Part shown: positions 17,072-26,929 of the stretch, in pieces
How the letters are laid out: the number at the start of each line of letters is the position of its first letter
Numbering within the stretch: position 1 is the first letter of the stretch
IMG/VR virus record: IMGVR_UViG_3300028597_000007
DNA length: 64,000 nt
Strand: one strand, 5' to 3'
Source: a virus
Program-made: the position numbers and the translations under genes
Notes under the pieces: model-generated
Database searches by the model: none
Seen by the model: the letters and a program-made list of their open reading frames with translations, nothing else
Told to the model about the DNA's origin: nothing

Positions 17072-20007
17072 TACTTGTCAGCCAAAGCTGGGAGGTGCTT
17101 CAGGAATTGAACATCCACGTCCTCCTCCACCGTGAACGTGCCATCTGGCAGTGCGGTCAGTTTCTTACGCACAGACAGACGACCACTGTTGTCGGCCATG
17201 GAGATCAGTGGATAGTTCTTGTCGCCGCCAAGGTTGCTAACCCGTACAGTGATGACCTCACTACCCGCATTCTTCTTGATGGCCTCAGCCGTTTCCAGGG
17301 CCTCAATCCGATCCTTGGCAAAGTCGGTTGCCAGCTGCTGGATGATGGTGGTGCGGATGCCGGACTTAAGCACTTCGTTGTTCCAACCAGCCTCGGTCAT
17401 GTAGACCTGGACCTTAGGCGATTGCTCGGCATCGAGTACAACAGAAGAACCACTCTCCACCACACAGCGAACCTTGCCATTCGTTGCGATTGGCTTGAGG
17501 TACAGCTTGGTCTTTTCCAGCACCGTCTTGTTGGTGTTGCCCATGTCGGTATCGGACCACTGCAGCATCTTGGTGCAAACGAGCTTCAGGTAGTCTTCAG
17601 TCGACTTGTCGTTGGCGAAGTAGTACCGACCATCGAACAACGTCAGGTCAATCTGACGGGCAAGCTGACGAGGAGACACCAGGATCTTGTTACCGTTGGC
17701 ATCGAGGACAAAGTCACCCTTGAACTTCCGGTACTGCTGAACACCGTTCTTGATTACCGGCTCACCAACCTGGTGCAGCAGATACGTGACCACCTTACCG
17801 TTTACCACATCAACCTTCATCATGCTCGGGTTGTTGGGGTCCATCTCGAACACCGGCTCAGTGTACAGCTCTGGCACGTCGTCGTCGTAGACTTGGTAAT
17901 CAGCTTCAGTGGTAATGCTGCGGCTACCTGCCCACAGGTACTTCAGCGGGCTACCCAGTTTAACCTGGACACGCTCCTGCAGGATACCTACCGAGTCATA
18001 CGGAAGCATGTTGCGGTTCTTGTCGTTGTCGATGTCGCCCTCTTTCATGTCGACCACGGTGTAGTCGGACACGGTGTAGATCACGTCGAACGTGACCGAC
18101 AGATTAATCAAGTGATCCAGAGGGCCGTCACCGAACATGGAGAAGTTACGCAGGGTCATCGCGTCATTTGCGTTGATTGCGTAATTGGTCTCCAGCAAGA
18201 ACTCATACACCCGATCACCATCTTGCTTGGCGATCAGCGTACCATTCAGGTAAGCCTTGGCCGATTCACCCGGTGGGGTGTAAGCAAGCTGCACATGCAG
18301 TTGGTAATCTTCCAGGTCCTTATACAGATCGCCACTCTTGGTGAGCAGGTGAATAAGGTAGCCCTTCTCCGTACGCGACACCGTGAAGGTCTGTGCGGCC
18401 TGTAGGTCCAGCTGCAGGGATGGGTTCTCCATCCAGAACTGGCGCCCTTCAATGGTCGGAGCATCGAGATAGTAGGCACGTACCTCAAAGCTCTCGTTTG
18501 CCGCATCCAGGACCCAATGGAACGGGCTGAAGCGATAACCTGCAGACGACACAGCGCGGGCCATGGCTTCTGGCTTGAGCTGATACAGGTCATTGATCTC
18601 AGACTGGCTCACAATGGTCATGCCGCCATCCACGGACCTGAACAGTACCGAAGGATGGATGGTGACCGAGTCAGTGTTGTGACTGACGCCTGGAATGCCA
18701 TTGAGGTCGGCCATACGAACGATGAGGTTCTCTACGGCCCCTGAGATCGGCGTGATGGTGTATTTGTCCTGCGGGGACTCCATGACACGGGTTGCGTTCA
18801 AAGTACGCTTGGTGATGGCGTCTACGTCCTTTACGGAGGTATAGTCCATGTCACCCAGAACAAAGTCCAGGTTAACAGGCGTAATTGGAATGTTGATCTC
18901 ACCCGTGTTGTGTTGCATGACACGGTTACGCAACTCTTCCAGCGTCAGGGCAGGCTTGCCGCCAGTGGTGTACTGGTCGGAGTAAACCGAGTACGTGGAG
19001 AGCAGGCCCCAGTTCGCGGTGTACTTGCCTTGGTCTTCGCTGTCAAGGTCAAGCCACTCCTCACTCCAGTCGTTGGCCGAGAAGCCTTCGAACACCATGT
19101 CGTTCACACCTTTGGTGGTGTAGACGTCAATGCGCAGCTCGCCAGTAACTTGGCCTGTGGTCTGGTAGATCTGAGGCAGGTAGCAGTCGATCACCTTGTC
19201 GTACAGCCGGACCAACACGGTTGGGTCATATGGGTCAAACACTTGGCGAGTATAGTTGACCTTGATCTCTTTCCAGTAAGGGACGCCCGCAGCGTCGCGC
19301 GCCCGAACATAGGCACGGCAGTACGAGTAGAGGTCGTTGAAAGCGATACGGGTGTTCCACACCGTTGCCTGGTTGAGCGGGTAGACCTGGCTGTTGATCG
19401 CCATCTGCGACATATTGGCCAAGAGGCGCAGCATTGGAACGCCGTCGCTACCAGCCACCTGGTCAACTTCTAGCAGGTTACCGTTGGATGGGTTCAGTAC
19501 GCCATTCAGAGGAGTGCCGTACACAACGGTCGGCTCGCCCACAGGAGGAATGCGGAATTCAATCGGATACTCTGCAGTGAAGGTGTAGCCGTTGCAGGTG
19601 AAGTTGGAGTTCTTCGGCATCACCAACTTCTTCATACCACCGGCCGTTACTTCGACCGCATAACGAATAACTTCATCGCGGCTCACCAGCAAGGTGATTG
19701 GTAGAACAGGTGGCTTATTGAAGACGTTGAGGAAGTCCCGATCCGTCATGTGCAGATGCAGGTCTTCCATAGTCAGTGCAAGGCCAGGGTAGCGCTTGCG
19801 GTTCAATACGTCAATGCCGTTGAGTACGTGCGCACCACATGCAGCGGCGTATTCCCACATGAGCATAAAAGGACTGGTGGGATCGACCAGGCGGTAGTTA
19901 CCGGCAAGGTTGTCATCTACGGCATCCAGAACGTCGAGCGCTTTGGCAGCTGGGTCAAAGCGGGCGAAGTCCATCGCCTTCATGAGATCTTCACTGGTCA
20001 TGGTCAT
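17071..20007 (-). CDS. large baseplate wedge-like virion protein (978 aa; phiKZ gp87 position)
   Basis: TLEELRNRV...PITPVNLD resembles the baseplate J/T4 gp6 segment E...ELR.R.......A.T..D; size and synteny. Confidence 0.55.
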   Translation of the reverse strand: MTMTSEDLMKAMDFARFDPAAKALDVLDAVDDNLAGNYRLVDPTSPFMLMWEYAAACGAHVLNGIDVLNRKRYPGLALTMEDLHLHMTDRDFLNVFNKPPVLPITLLVSRDEVIRYAVEVTAGGMKKLVMPKNSNFTCNGYTFTAEYPIEFRIPPVGEPTVVYGTPLNGVLNPSNGNLLEVDQVAGSDGVPMLRLLANMSQMAINSQVYPLNQATVWNTRIAFNDLYSYCRAYVRARDAAGVPYWKEIKVNYTRQVFDPYDPTVLVRLYDKVIDCYLPQIYQTTGQVTGELRIDVYTTKGVNDMVFEGFSANDWSEEWLDLDSEDQGKYTANWGLLSTYSVYSDQYTTGGKPALTLEELRNRVMQHNTGEINIPITPVNLDFVLGDMDYTSVKDVDAITKRTLNATRVMESPQDKYTITPISGAVENLIVRMADLNGIPGVSHNTDSVTIHPSVLFRSVDGGMTIVSQSEINDLYQLKPEAMARAVSSAGYRFSPFHWVLDAANESFEVRAYYLDAPTIEGRQFWMENPSLQLDLQAAQTFTVSRTEKGYLIHLLTKSGDLYKDLEDYQLHVQLAYTPPGESAKAYLNGTLIAKQDGDRVYEFLLETNYAINANDAMTLRNFSMFGDGPLDHLINLSVTFDVIYTVSDYTVVDMKEGDIDNDKNRNMLPYDSVGILQERVQVKLGSPLKYLWAGSRSITTEADYQVYDDDVPELYTEPVFEMDPNNPSMMKVDVVNGKVVTYLLHQVGEPVIKNGVQQYRKFKGDFVLDANGNKILVSPRQLARQIDLTLFDGRYYFANDKSTEDYLKLVCTKMLQWSDTDMGNTNKTVLEKTKLYLKPIATNGKVRCVVESGSSVVLDAEQSPKVQVYMTEAGWNNEVLKSGIRTTIIQQLATDFAKDRIEALETAEAIKKNAGSEVITVRVSNLGGDKNYPLISMADNSGRLSVRKKLTALPDGTFTVEEDVDVQFLKHLPALADK

Positions 20008-21143
20008 ACGACAGTACCTGTAGTTGGAGTGTTACCTGGGACAATGATCCGGCTAGGGTTCTGCCCATTGTAAGCCATCGGGGTCAGCGCCCCCTTGGCA
20101 AAGCGGCTAGACCAAGCAATGCGAGAATCACCCAGACGTTCTTCGTACACCTCACGAGAAACCCAGCGCTGCATTGTCTGCTCCTCTGGATCAATCCAGA
20201 AGTACGTGTCGTATGTGAACAGGTGCCAGAGATCTTCATTGATCTGGACCATGTTCTTGTCACGAAGGGCGGGGTGCATGTTCGCATTGAACGAGGCAAC
20301 GATGTTGTTGAATTCAGTGAACACGATCGGGTCGAACGTATCCAGGCCATGGCACTTCCAGTTGACCGAGATCTGCTGACCTTCTTGGTTGAAGGGGGAG
20401 TCCAGCGACATGTTGGCGCCGGTAGCAGTTGGGGCAACGTAAGGATATGCAATGGTAGACCACCAACTGGTGATCCGACGCTTGTTGGCGTCTAGGGAGA
20501 AACGGTAAATCCGGCTGTGGTAGTCGATCCGATTTTGAATGATCGAATCCATGTACGGAACCATGTCCCCCTCATACACCAGGGAGGCATAACACACCCA
20601 GACGAAAAGCATCATTATTATGATGTTACCCGTCCCGTTACGCAGCGTCGTATTCAGGTCCCATACCCTGTAGTTCTTGATCGTGTCATCGATCATACTC
20701 CAGGCTTCATGGTGGTTACCCTCTACCGAGGTGAATGTGCCTGGTGCGATTTCCTGCCAACCGGATTGGGAAACCAAACCGTTAGACAGCCACGGGATAA
20801 AAGCCTGCTCGTGGTTGGCCAGCGGGGAGCCTTTGCCGTCACGCCACACACCGACAGGATCAAGCATGGCTCGAATGGCCCGTGGAAGGCTAATGCCGTC
20901 CGCACCACCGATCATGCTGAAAAACGGGCGGAATGCACGCAGGTTGCCATCGGTCAAGTTAAGTCTGGGTCGCGTGAAGAACGTGAGACCAAACTGTTCT
21001 CGAACGGGCGGCATCGTGGGGTGTGTCCCCAGGCTGTTAATGCCTCTCAGCTGTTCGTAGATCGAGGTTACGGAACTACCCTTGCCTCCGATCCGCGAAA
21101 TGAAATCAAAAATCTTCTCGTATTCTTCGCGGCTTAAACTCAT
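20004..21143 (-). CDS. virion structural protein, possibly tail-tube-like baseplate component (gp88 position)
   Basis: GGAGG SD; GLTFFTRPRLNL motif; coupled to the baseplate gene by a 4-nt overlap; synteny. Confidence 0.5.
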   Translation of the reverse strand: MSLSREEYEKIFDFISRIGGKGSSVTSIYEQLRGINSLGTHPTMPPVREQFGLTFFTRPRLNLTDGNLRAFRPFFSMIGGADGISLPRAIRAMLDPVGVWRDGKGSPLANHEQAFIPWLSNGLVSQSGWQEIAPGTFTSVEGNHHEAWSMIDDTIKNYRVWDLNTTLRNGTGNIIIMMLFVWVCYASLVYEGDMVPYMDSIIQNRIDYHSRIYRFSLDANKRRITSWWSTIAYPYVAPTATGANMSLDSPFNQEGQQISVNWKCHGLDTFDPIVFTEFNNIVASFNANMHPALRDKNMVQINEDLWHLFTYDTYFWIDPEEQTMQRWVSREVYEERLGDSRIAWSSRFAKGALTPMAYNGQNPSRIIVPGNTPTTGTVV

Positions 21144-21172
21144 AACCCCTCCAGAATGGTCAGGAGCACTTC

Positions 21173-22468
21173 ATGAACATCAATATTCTGCCAGACCTCA
21201 GTCTGGCGGCGGCACCGTTTACCACGGTACTCGGCAATGCCCTAAAGTTGGCTTCGACCGGCGATAGTGACAGCATCATACAGTATTCCGCCCCCGCCCG
21301 CGTGGAGCCGATCTGCTTGGTGGATAGCGCTCTCGCCCAGTACGAATTCCTGTACCCGATTCTGCAGACCACCAACTCGATCTTCGCCGCCTACTACATG
21401 CAGGCCGCCGCTCGTATGATCAACGTATCGGCCATGCGCCTGCTGCGTGACATCGATCCGCTCAAGCCCGACCGCAACATGAACGCTGCAATCTACGACT
21501 TCGCCGAGCGCAGCGCCCAGCAGCACTACGGTGACAACAAGACCCTACCTCAGCGCGTTGAAGGTCGTGTCCTGGACATCGTTACCGAAGGCATGCAGCT
21601 GCCGCGCCCAGGTCAGGGCAAGCCAACCATCACCTTCATGATCACTGAAGGGCAGGGCGGCAAGCCTGTGATGAAGGTGGCCTCGCCTGAAGAAGTGCGC
21701 AAGTATCAGGAAGCCTCCAAGCGGGCGGCAACCGAACTGGCCAAGAAGGAATACGACAAGCAGCTGGCTGACCTCAAGCACGCCGGTGCTTCCACCAAAG
21801 GTGGCGCGTCTCTGGTTGGTGACCTGCTCGATACCCCGAACCTGGCTACCGGCCGTATTTTCGAAGTGTCTGGCGACTACGGTGGAGGCGAAGTTACCAT
21901 CCAAGTGATGGTGGTCTTCAAGACCATGATGACTACCTCGAACAACATGGTAGACGTCTACGCCACCGGCGGCGAGCTGCGTACCGCTTCCGAGCGTTAC
22001 CACGGCTGGCGTTCGGGTCAACTGCGCTTCCTCGAAGACATCATCTTCACCAACGACATCATCGAGAACCACCGCCGTACCGCTATCCGCGACAACACCG
22101 GTGTGTACCTGCTCAACCGCGAGCGCGACACCAAGAACCGTGTTGCTGCTCTGCTGTCCGGCAAGTCCTCGATCGGCACTGCCTCGGGTGTTGCTGTGAT
22201 CGACAGCGCCACTGCCAAGCGTCTGGAACTGGCCGTAGGCGGCAAGCTTGCTGACTTCAACACTCGTGAGAAGATCTTCAAGCGCACCTACCTCATGAAC
22301 ATGATCGTCGTTGATCGTGACTGGGACCAGGTGGTTGTTTACAACCGCGGTATCCCGAAAGCCGTTGAACTGCCGGTGACCGAGTACACCAAGGCCAAGA
22401 GCAAGGGCGGCTCCGACGTGGCCGATATCGTCAAGCTGTTCCTGTCCGGCTCTGCCCCGACTCTCTGA
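21173..22468 (+). CDS. internal head/inner body protein (phiKZ gp89-like)
   Basis: AGGAG SD; strong codon bias; VTE/ITE candidate cleavage sites; synteny. Confidence 0.65.
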   Translation: MNINILPDLSLAAAPFTTVLGNALKLASTGDSDSIIQYSAPARVEPICLVDSALAQYEFLYPILQTTNSIFAAYYMQAAARMINVSAMRLLRDIDPLKPDRNMNAAIYDFAERSAQQHYGDNKTLPQRVEGRVLDIVTEGMQLPRPGQGKPTITFMITEGQGGKPVMKVASPEEVRKYQEASKRAATELAKKEYDKQLADLKHAGASTKGGASLVGDLLDTPNLATGRIFEVSGDYGGGEVTIQVMVVFKTMMTTSNNMVDVYATGGELRTASERYHGWRSGQLRFLEDIIFTNDIIENHRRTAIRDNTGVYLLNRERDTKNRVAALLSGKSSIGTASGVAVIDSATAKRLELAVGGKLADFNTREKIFKRTYLMNMIVVDRDWDQVVVYNRGIPKAVELPVTEYTKAKSKGGSDVADIVKLFLSGSAPTL

Positions 22469-22497
22469 GTCGGGTGCCTCACTAAAGGATTCAATCC

Positions 22498-23406
22498 ATG
22501 AAGATTACTGCTTTCGTTGACAAGATTGTCGACGGCTTCAGCCAGAACGCCACGGTCACTGTGCATTCGAACGTCATCAAAGAGATGATCGATCACACCA
22601 TCCCGTCTCTGGAGTTGTTCTCCGAGTACGTCAGTGCCGAACCTAAGGCCAAGAAAGTCCTCGACAAATTCAACAAGGACTTCCTGCAACGCCTGGGTAA
22701 AGGTGGCAAGGGCGAATTCTACGACCGCATCCTGGCCGCCATGCGCGCTAACGTGGCCCAGGCTGGCGACGTCGAAGACCTGATCAACAAGCTGATCCCC
22801 AAGAACGCAGATGCGCTCTCTCTGGACGGCCGTGCTGCCAACCTCGTGCAGTACGTCGAGATCCTGGGCTTCACCAACCGTTACATCCGTCACCTGCTGC
22901 TGACCTTCACCGAAGACATCGCCAAAGGTACCGGTGGTCCGAACTTCAAGTCGGGCCTGGCCAAAGAACAGGTGGATGGCCTGCAGCGCAACCTGAGCGC
23001 TTTCGCCACTGCCATCATGGTATTGGAGACGGCCGCTCCTGGTGTTGAGCGTGCCATCAAGTCGATCCCTGAGTTCAACGTGGCTCATACCGACATTGAT
23101 GCTATGACAGCAGCCAATGGCCAAGCTGCCATGGACCCACTGCGCGCCACTGGTTTCATTTCGGCCGACTGGAACCCGATCACTGCCGTGCGCATGCTGA
23201 TCGAAGACCGTTGCATCGCCAACTACCAAGGCGCCAAAGAAGACCGCCAGGCTCTGGAGTTCCGTATCCAGGCCCTGAAGGACGCCCGTGACGGTACGCA
23301 GAACCCACGACTGGAGAAATCCATCGAGTACCACACTGGCCGTCTGAAAGAGGTCAACAGAAAGATCGAGAAGTACGAAGCCTCGGTCAAGGAGAAACGT
23401 GAATGA
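22498..23406 (+). CDS. abundant internal head protein (phiKZ gp90-like)
   Basis: AAGGA SD; highly biased codons; helical 302-aa protein; synteny. Confidence 0.65.
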   Translation: MKITAFVDKIVDGFSQNATVTVHSNVIKEMIDHTIPSLELFSEYVSAEPKAKKVLDKFNKDFLQRLGKGGKGEFYDRILAAMRANVAQAGDVEDLINKLIPKNADALSLDGRAANLVQYVEILGFTNRYIRHLLLTFTEDIAKGTGGPNFKSGLAKEQVDGLQRNLSAFATAIMVLETAAPGVERAIKSIPEFNVAHTDIDAMTAANGQAAMDPLRATGFISADWNPITAVRMLIEDRCIANYQGAKEDRQALEFRIQALKDARDGTQNPRLEKSIEYHTGRLKEVNRKIEKYEASVKEKRE

Positions 23407-23957
23407 ACGATCGCGGGTTCGACGTCTACAGCTCAGGCTTTGCACGCCTGAGCCCGCTGCAAGCCGGTACGGGCTACAAAGAGCCTGATACTATGGCAGT
23501 TGCGCACTATGATGGTATGGTGAAAGGTTTGGTGTCGATCGTTGACTCCAAGACTTTCGACAGCGTCGTGCGTAATGCTTTGGCTCTGTTGGGTACTGGC
23601 CCTGACTGGATCACCGTCCAGGCCTTTAACCCCAACCTGTCGAAGTACCAGGTCGAGTTCATGGTTGACACTGTCAATTATATAGTCACCGGAAAACGCC
23701 GGTACTTGCTCGCCACTTGGCGCGAACTTCTCGCCGAGATGAACAACAACGGTTCCGTTAAGCCTATTGTTATGGGCGGACGATCCGTGAACCCGGATAT
23801 CAAGGTGCCCGCAGAACTTCTGAAAGGGCATCCCGCAGAAATCATGTCCCGCTGGATTTCCCGAGAGGGTGGTGTAGTGGATCTGATAGAGTCCCTCCAT
23901 CTCATGTTCGGTGGAGACATCGAAGTGGGTGAAGTGGGCTCGCTAGTAGCTAGCTAG
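23403..23957 (+). CDS. conserved virion-region hypothetical protein (184 aa)
   Basis: 4-nt ATGA overlap with the upstream stop; GGAG SD. Confidence 0.7.
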   Translation: MNDRGFDVYSSGFARLSPLQAGTGYKEPDTMAVAHYDGMVKGLVSIVDSKTFDSVVRNALALLGTGPDWITVQAFNPNLSKYQVEFMVDTVNYIVTGKRRYLLATWRELLAEMNNNGSVKPIVMGGRSVNPDIKVPAELLKGHPAEIMSRWISREGGVVDLIESLHLMFGGDIEVGEVGSLVAS

Positions 23958-23991
23958 CGCTAACGCAATCAACAACTCTGGAGTTAGACAC

Positions 23992-25227
23992 ATGTCCCGT
24001 AACTTCCGTTCCACCCGTGGTCGCATGGCCATCGAAAGCATCGAAGGCGCTGACCAGACCGCAGCTGAAATCGACATCGACACCGACAGCCAACACGGTG
24101 ACGGCGCCGACGCCGCCCTGCTGGATCTGAAAGACGTCAACACCGAAGTCGCCGAAAACGACGGCGCCGTCGACGAGCTGGAAAACACCGTTGCCGCTCT
24201 GGAAAGCCTGCTGGAAACCGCAGAAGCTGCCCAGGAAACCGGCGGCCTGGACCCAGTCGCTGCCGACCTGCTGCAGAAAGCGGTCGAAAACGAAACCGCT
24301 CCGCTGGGTACCCCGGCTGAAGAAGTGGTTCCTGCTCTGGAAAACTTCACCTCGCCTTCGAGCCGCCGCCAGGCGACCGTCATGGCCTGTGAAGGCATCA
24401 AGGACTGGATCGACAAGGTCTGGGCCAAGATCAAAGAGCTGATCCAGAAAGGTCGCGACCTGGCCAAGAAAGCCTACGTTGCCGTCAAGCAGTTCATCCA
24501 GCGTATCGAGCCGCGCATCAAGGCGCTGCAGGAAGACGCCGGCAAGCGCAACTTCTCGATGCCGAAGTCCGGCAACGTCAGCGACAAGGGCGAGTGGGCT
24601 CTGTCCGAAGTCGGCAAGCTGCAGCAGCTGAGCGACGCCGTTCTCGACGGCTACACCAAGGCCGCCATCGCGCACGCCAACAGCATCGCCTCCGCCCTGT
24701 CGGCCGGCGACGAAGTCAAGGCTGCCGAAGAAGGCAAGACCGAAGAGAAGGCCGAGTTCAGCGTACCGTCCAACCTGGACGCGCCTGCCAAGGTCCTGCT
24801 GGCCATCAAGAACCTGCCGGGCGGCCGCGAGTTCGTTCCTGCTGGCGACACCATGACCATCCGCACCAAGCAAGGTGGTTCGACCGGTGGCTCCAACGCA
24901 GCTTCCGCTGCCAACGAGCAGACCATCACCTCGGCTCTGACCACCCTGGCCACCGTTGCCAAGGCCGTCGTCGGCTACGAGAAGAACTTCCAGGAAAAAG
25001 ACCGCGCTCAAGAAGGCGTGATCAAGGCTGGTGACGCTTTCGCCAAGAAAGCCAAGGCCAACGACAAGGGCGACGATGCTGCTGCCCGCGCCGCGATCAA
25101 CGCTGCCAAGAACGCTGGCCGCCTGCTGGACCAACCGGCCAAGGACACCCTGTCCTACCTGGTTACCGCCATCAACGGCTACTGCACCACCATCGCCGCT
25201 CACCTGAAGCACTACGACAAGAAGTAA
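23992..25227 (+). CDS. inner body / internal head protein (phiKZ gp93 family)
   Basis: Acidic propeptide with AIE|S, ALE|S, ALE|N and ACE|G maturation motifs; extreme codon bias comparable to the capsid gene. Confidence 0.8.
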   Translation: MSRNFRSTRGRMAIESIEGADQTAAEIDIDTDSQHGDGADAALLDLKDVNTEVAENDGAVDELENTVAALESLLETAEAAQETGGLDPVAADLLQKAVENETAPLGTPAEEVVPALENFTSPSSRRQATVMACEGIKDWIDKVWAKIKELIQKGRDLAKKAYVAVKQFIQRIEPRIKALQEDAGKRNFSMPKSGNVSDKGEWALSEVGKLQQLSDAVLDGYTKAAIAHANSIASALSAGDEVKAAEEGKTEEKAEFSVPSNLDAPAKVLLAIKNLPGGREFVPAGDTMTIRTKQGGSTGGSNAASAANEQTITSALTTLATVAKAVVGYEKNFQEKDRAQEGVIKAGDAFAKKAKANDKGDDAAARAAINAAKNAGRLLDQPAKDTLSYLVTAINGYCTTIAAHLKHYDKK

Positions 25228-25255
25228 TTCTTCCGTAGCGCCTGGTGCGTTGTGA

Positions 25256-25291
25256 ATAAAAGCCGGGCCTTCGGGTCCGGCTTTTATGCCG
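25256..25291 (+). terminator. hairpin with TATGCCG flank (element 4)
   Basis: ATAAAAGCCGGGCC-TTCG-GGTCCGGCTTTTAT then GCCG; between co-directional genes. Confidence 0.85.
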
Positions 25292-25335
25292 CAGGTTGGA
25301 CATGCTATGCAGACCATTCCTTCAAGGACATTATC

Positions 25336-26925
25336 ATGCCCAATGGTAACTACGCTATTGGGAATACCTACGAGACCGTGACGCGTCCCATGGCTTTTGC
25401 CATTGCCAAGGACTGCCTTGCTCGGCTAGGGTTTCCCGAAGACGCATTCCTGAGCATCCCTGGCCACACTGAGCAGGCACTCGTTCAGGGCTCCACCATC
25501 GACAACAATTTTGATACCAAGAACTGGTTCGGCACTAACAACGAAGCCATTCTGAAAATCAAAGAAGACCCCATCACCGATCGCATCTATGAAGCCTCGG
25601 TTATCCGACGCGACAACAATGTGATCTTTAAGGACGCAGAGACGCACGTATACGTCCGTCCCGTCTATCAGCCTACCAAAGCCACGCTGACGTTTCGTCT
25701 GCGCTGTAAAGACGAGATTGAGGCCAGCAAGCTACGTGACGATACATGGGCCCGTTCCCATCTGTTGCGCCACGAGCAAGTGCACACGCTGACCTACCAC
25801 TGGCAGATCCCCGAAGTGTTCCTGGTTATCCTCCACGAGATCTGGATGAAGCAGGAAGCCCACGACAAGACCGGCGACTCGTTCCCCAAGTACCTCAAGG
25901 ATCGTTTCGATCCACGGGTGGACACTGTCACCAACTTGGCAGGTAAAGGAGGTGTGTTGGTTGTGCCTGAAGATCAGGTACGGGTGCTGGGTTGGTTTGA
26001 CTTCTCTGGCGTCATGGATGAGCCGACCTTCAACAAGGACAACGGCACCTGGGATCTGGAGTGGTCGTACAGCGTGGTTTATGACAAGCCTATTGAGGCT
26101 GTCCTGGATTACCCATTGGTTGTGCGGCAGAAGATGCTGGGGGCAGACTTCCGTCCCAAGCAAGGCATGTACAAGCTCTCTGACCACGACGTAGACCCTA
26201 ACACGGTCAATCGTACTCTCGGTAGCTTCTTCAACGTCTGGACGCCTCCTAAGGGCATTCTGGACAAACGTTACCCTGACTTCGATACATGGCAGGTGGA
26301 AGGCGGTACTCGTGGCTGTATCGACCTGTGGTATGGCCTGACAACGATCTCTGCGGATAACCGCAAGGACATGTTGTCCATCGACACCCTGGGCGTGCAC
26401 AAGCTCAGCGACGCTGCTCGTGACTTCATCATGTCTGAGCGTAAGTACGTGGTGGATTACGGCCGTAGTCTTTTTGACATCGCGGTGTACTCCGATAACG
26501 AGCGTCACTTGAACGGGCAGGTCGAGTTGACTGAAGACGGAATGATCCGTTCCCTGTTCGATGTGTCCATGGTGCCGATCTACCATGTTGTGATTGCCTT
26601 CCGCAATAACCTCTACACACTCTCTGTGGAGGACCAGGATCGCCTGCGTCAGAATGCCTGCAAGATGTATGAGGTATTGGTTCAGATGTATCCAGCGCTC
26701 GCTGCAGCCGGACAGATACCTAAGCCAAATAAGCGCTGCTTCTGGACCCGTGAAGAGTGGGAATGGATTGTTGACATCATCTCACCTCCTCGTCCAGGTG
26801 TGTGGCCTCGTCCATCTCGCCCCCCTAGTGTACCTGGCGGACATGGTGGCGGTAACCTCACCCCAGGCCAACGTCGCATCCTGATGCTGACAGTCGGTTC
26901 TTACAACATCATCACCCGGAGATAA
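25336..26925 (+). CDS. virion structural protein (gp98 position)
   Basis: AAGGA SD before ATG 25336 (the ORF-track 5' extension crosses the terminator); Pro/Gly-rich C-terminal segment. Confidence 0.65.
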   Translation: MPNGNYAIGNTYETVTRPMAFAIAKDCLARLGFPEDAFLSIPGHTEQALVQGSTIDNNFDTKNWFGTNNEAILKIKEDPITDRIYEASVIRRDNNVIFKDAETHVYVRPVYQPTKATLTFRLRCKDEIEASKLRDDTWARSHLLRHEQVHTLTYHWQIPEVFLVILHEIWMKQEAHDKTGDSFPKYLKDRFDPRVDTVTNLAGKGGVLVVPEDQVRVLGWFDFSGVMDEPTFNKDNGTWDLEWSYSVVYDKPIEAVLDYPLVVRQKMLGADFRPKQGMYKLSDHDVDPNTVNRTLGSFFNVWTPPKGILDKRYPDFDTWQVEGGTRGCIDLWYGLTTISADNRKDMLSIDTLGVHKLSDAARDFIMSERKYVVDYGRSLFDIAVYSDNERHLNGQVELTEDGMIRSLFDVSMVPIYHVVIAFRNNLYTLSVEDQDRLRQNACKMYEVLVQMYPALAAAGQIPKPNKRCFWTREEWEWIVDIISPPRPGVWPRPSRPPSVPGGHGGGNLTPGQRRILMLTVGSYNIITRR

Positions 26926-26929
26926 GATC

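Noticed and set aside
25252-25335. 5' extensions given by the ORF track (also 6513, 28932, 33886, 47644, 51363, 53855, 53933)
   Set aside because: They cross terminators or upstream genes and lack SDs; downstream ATGs with SDs or stop/start coupling are preferred.
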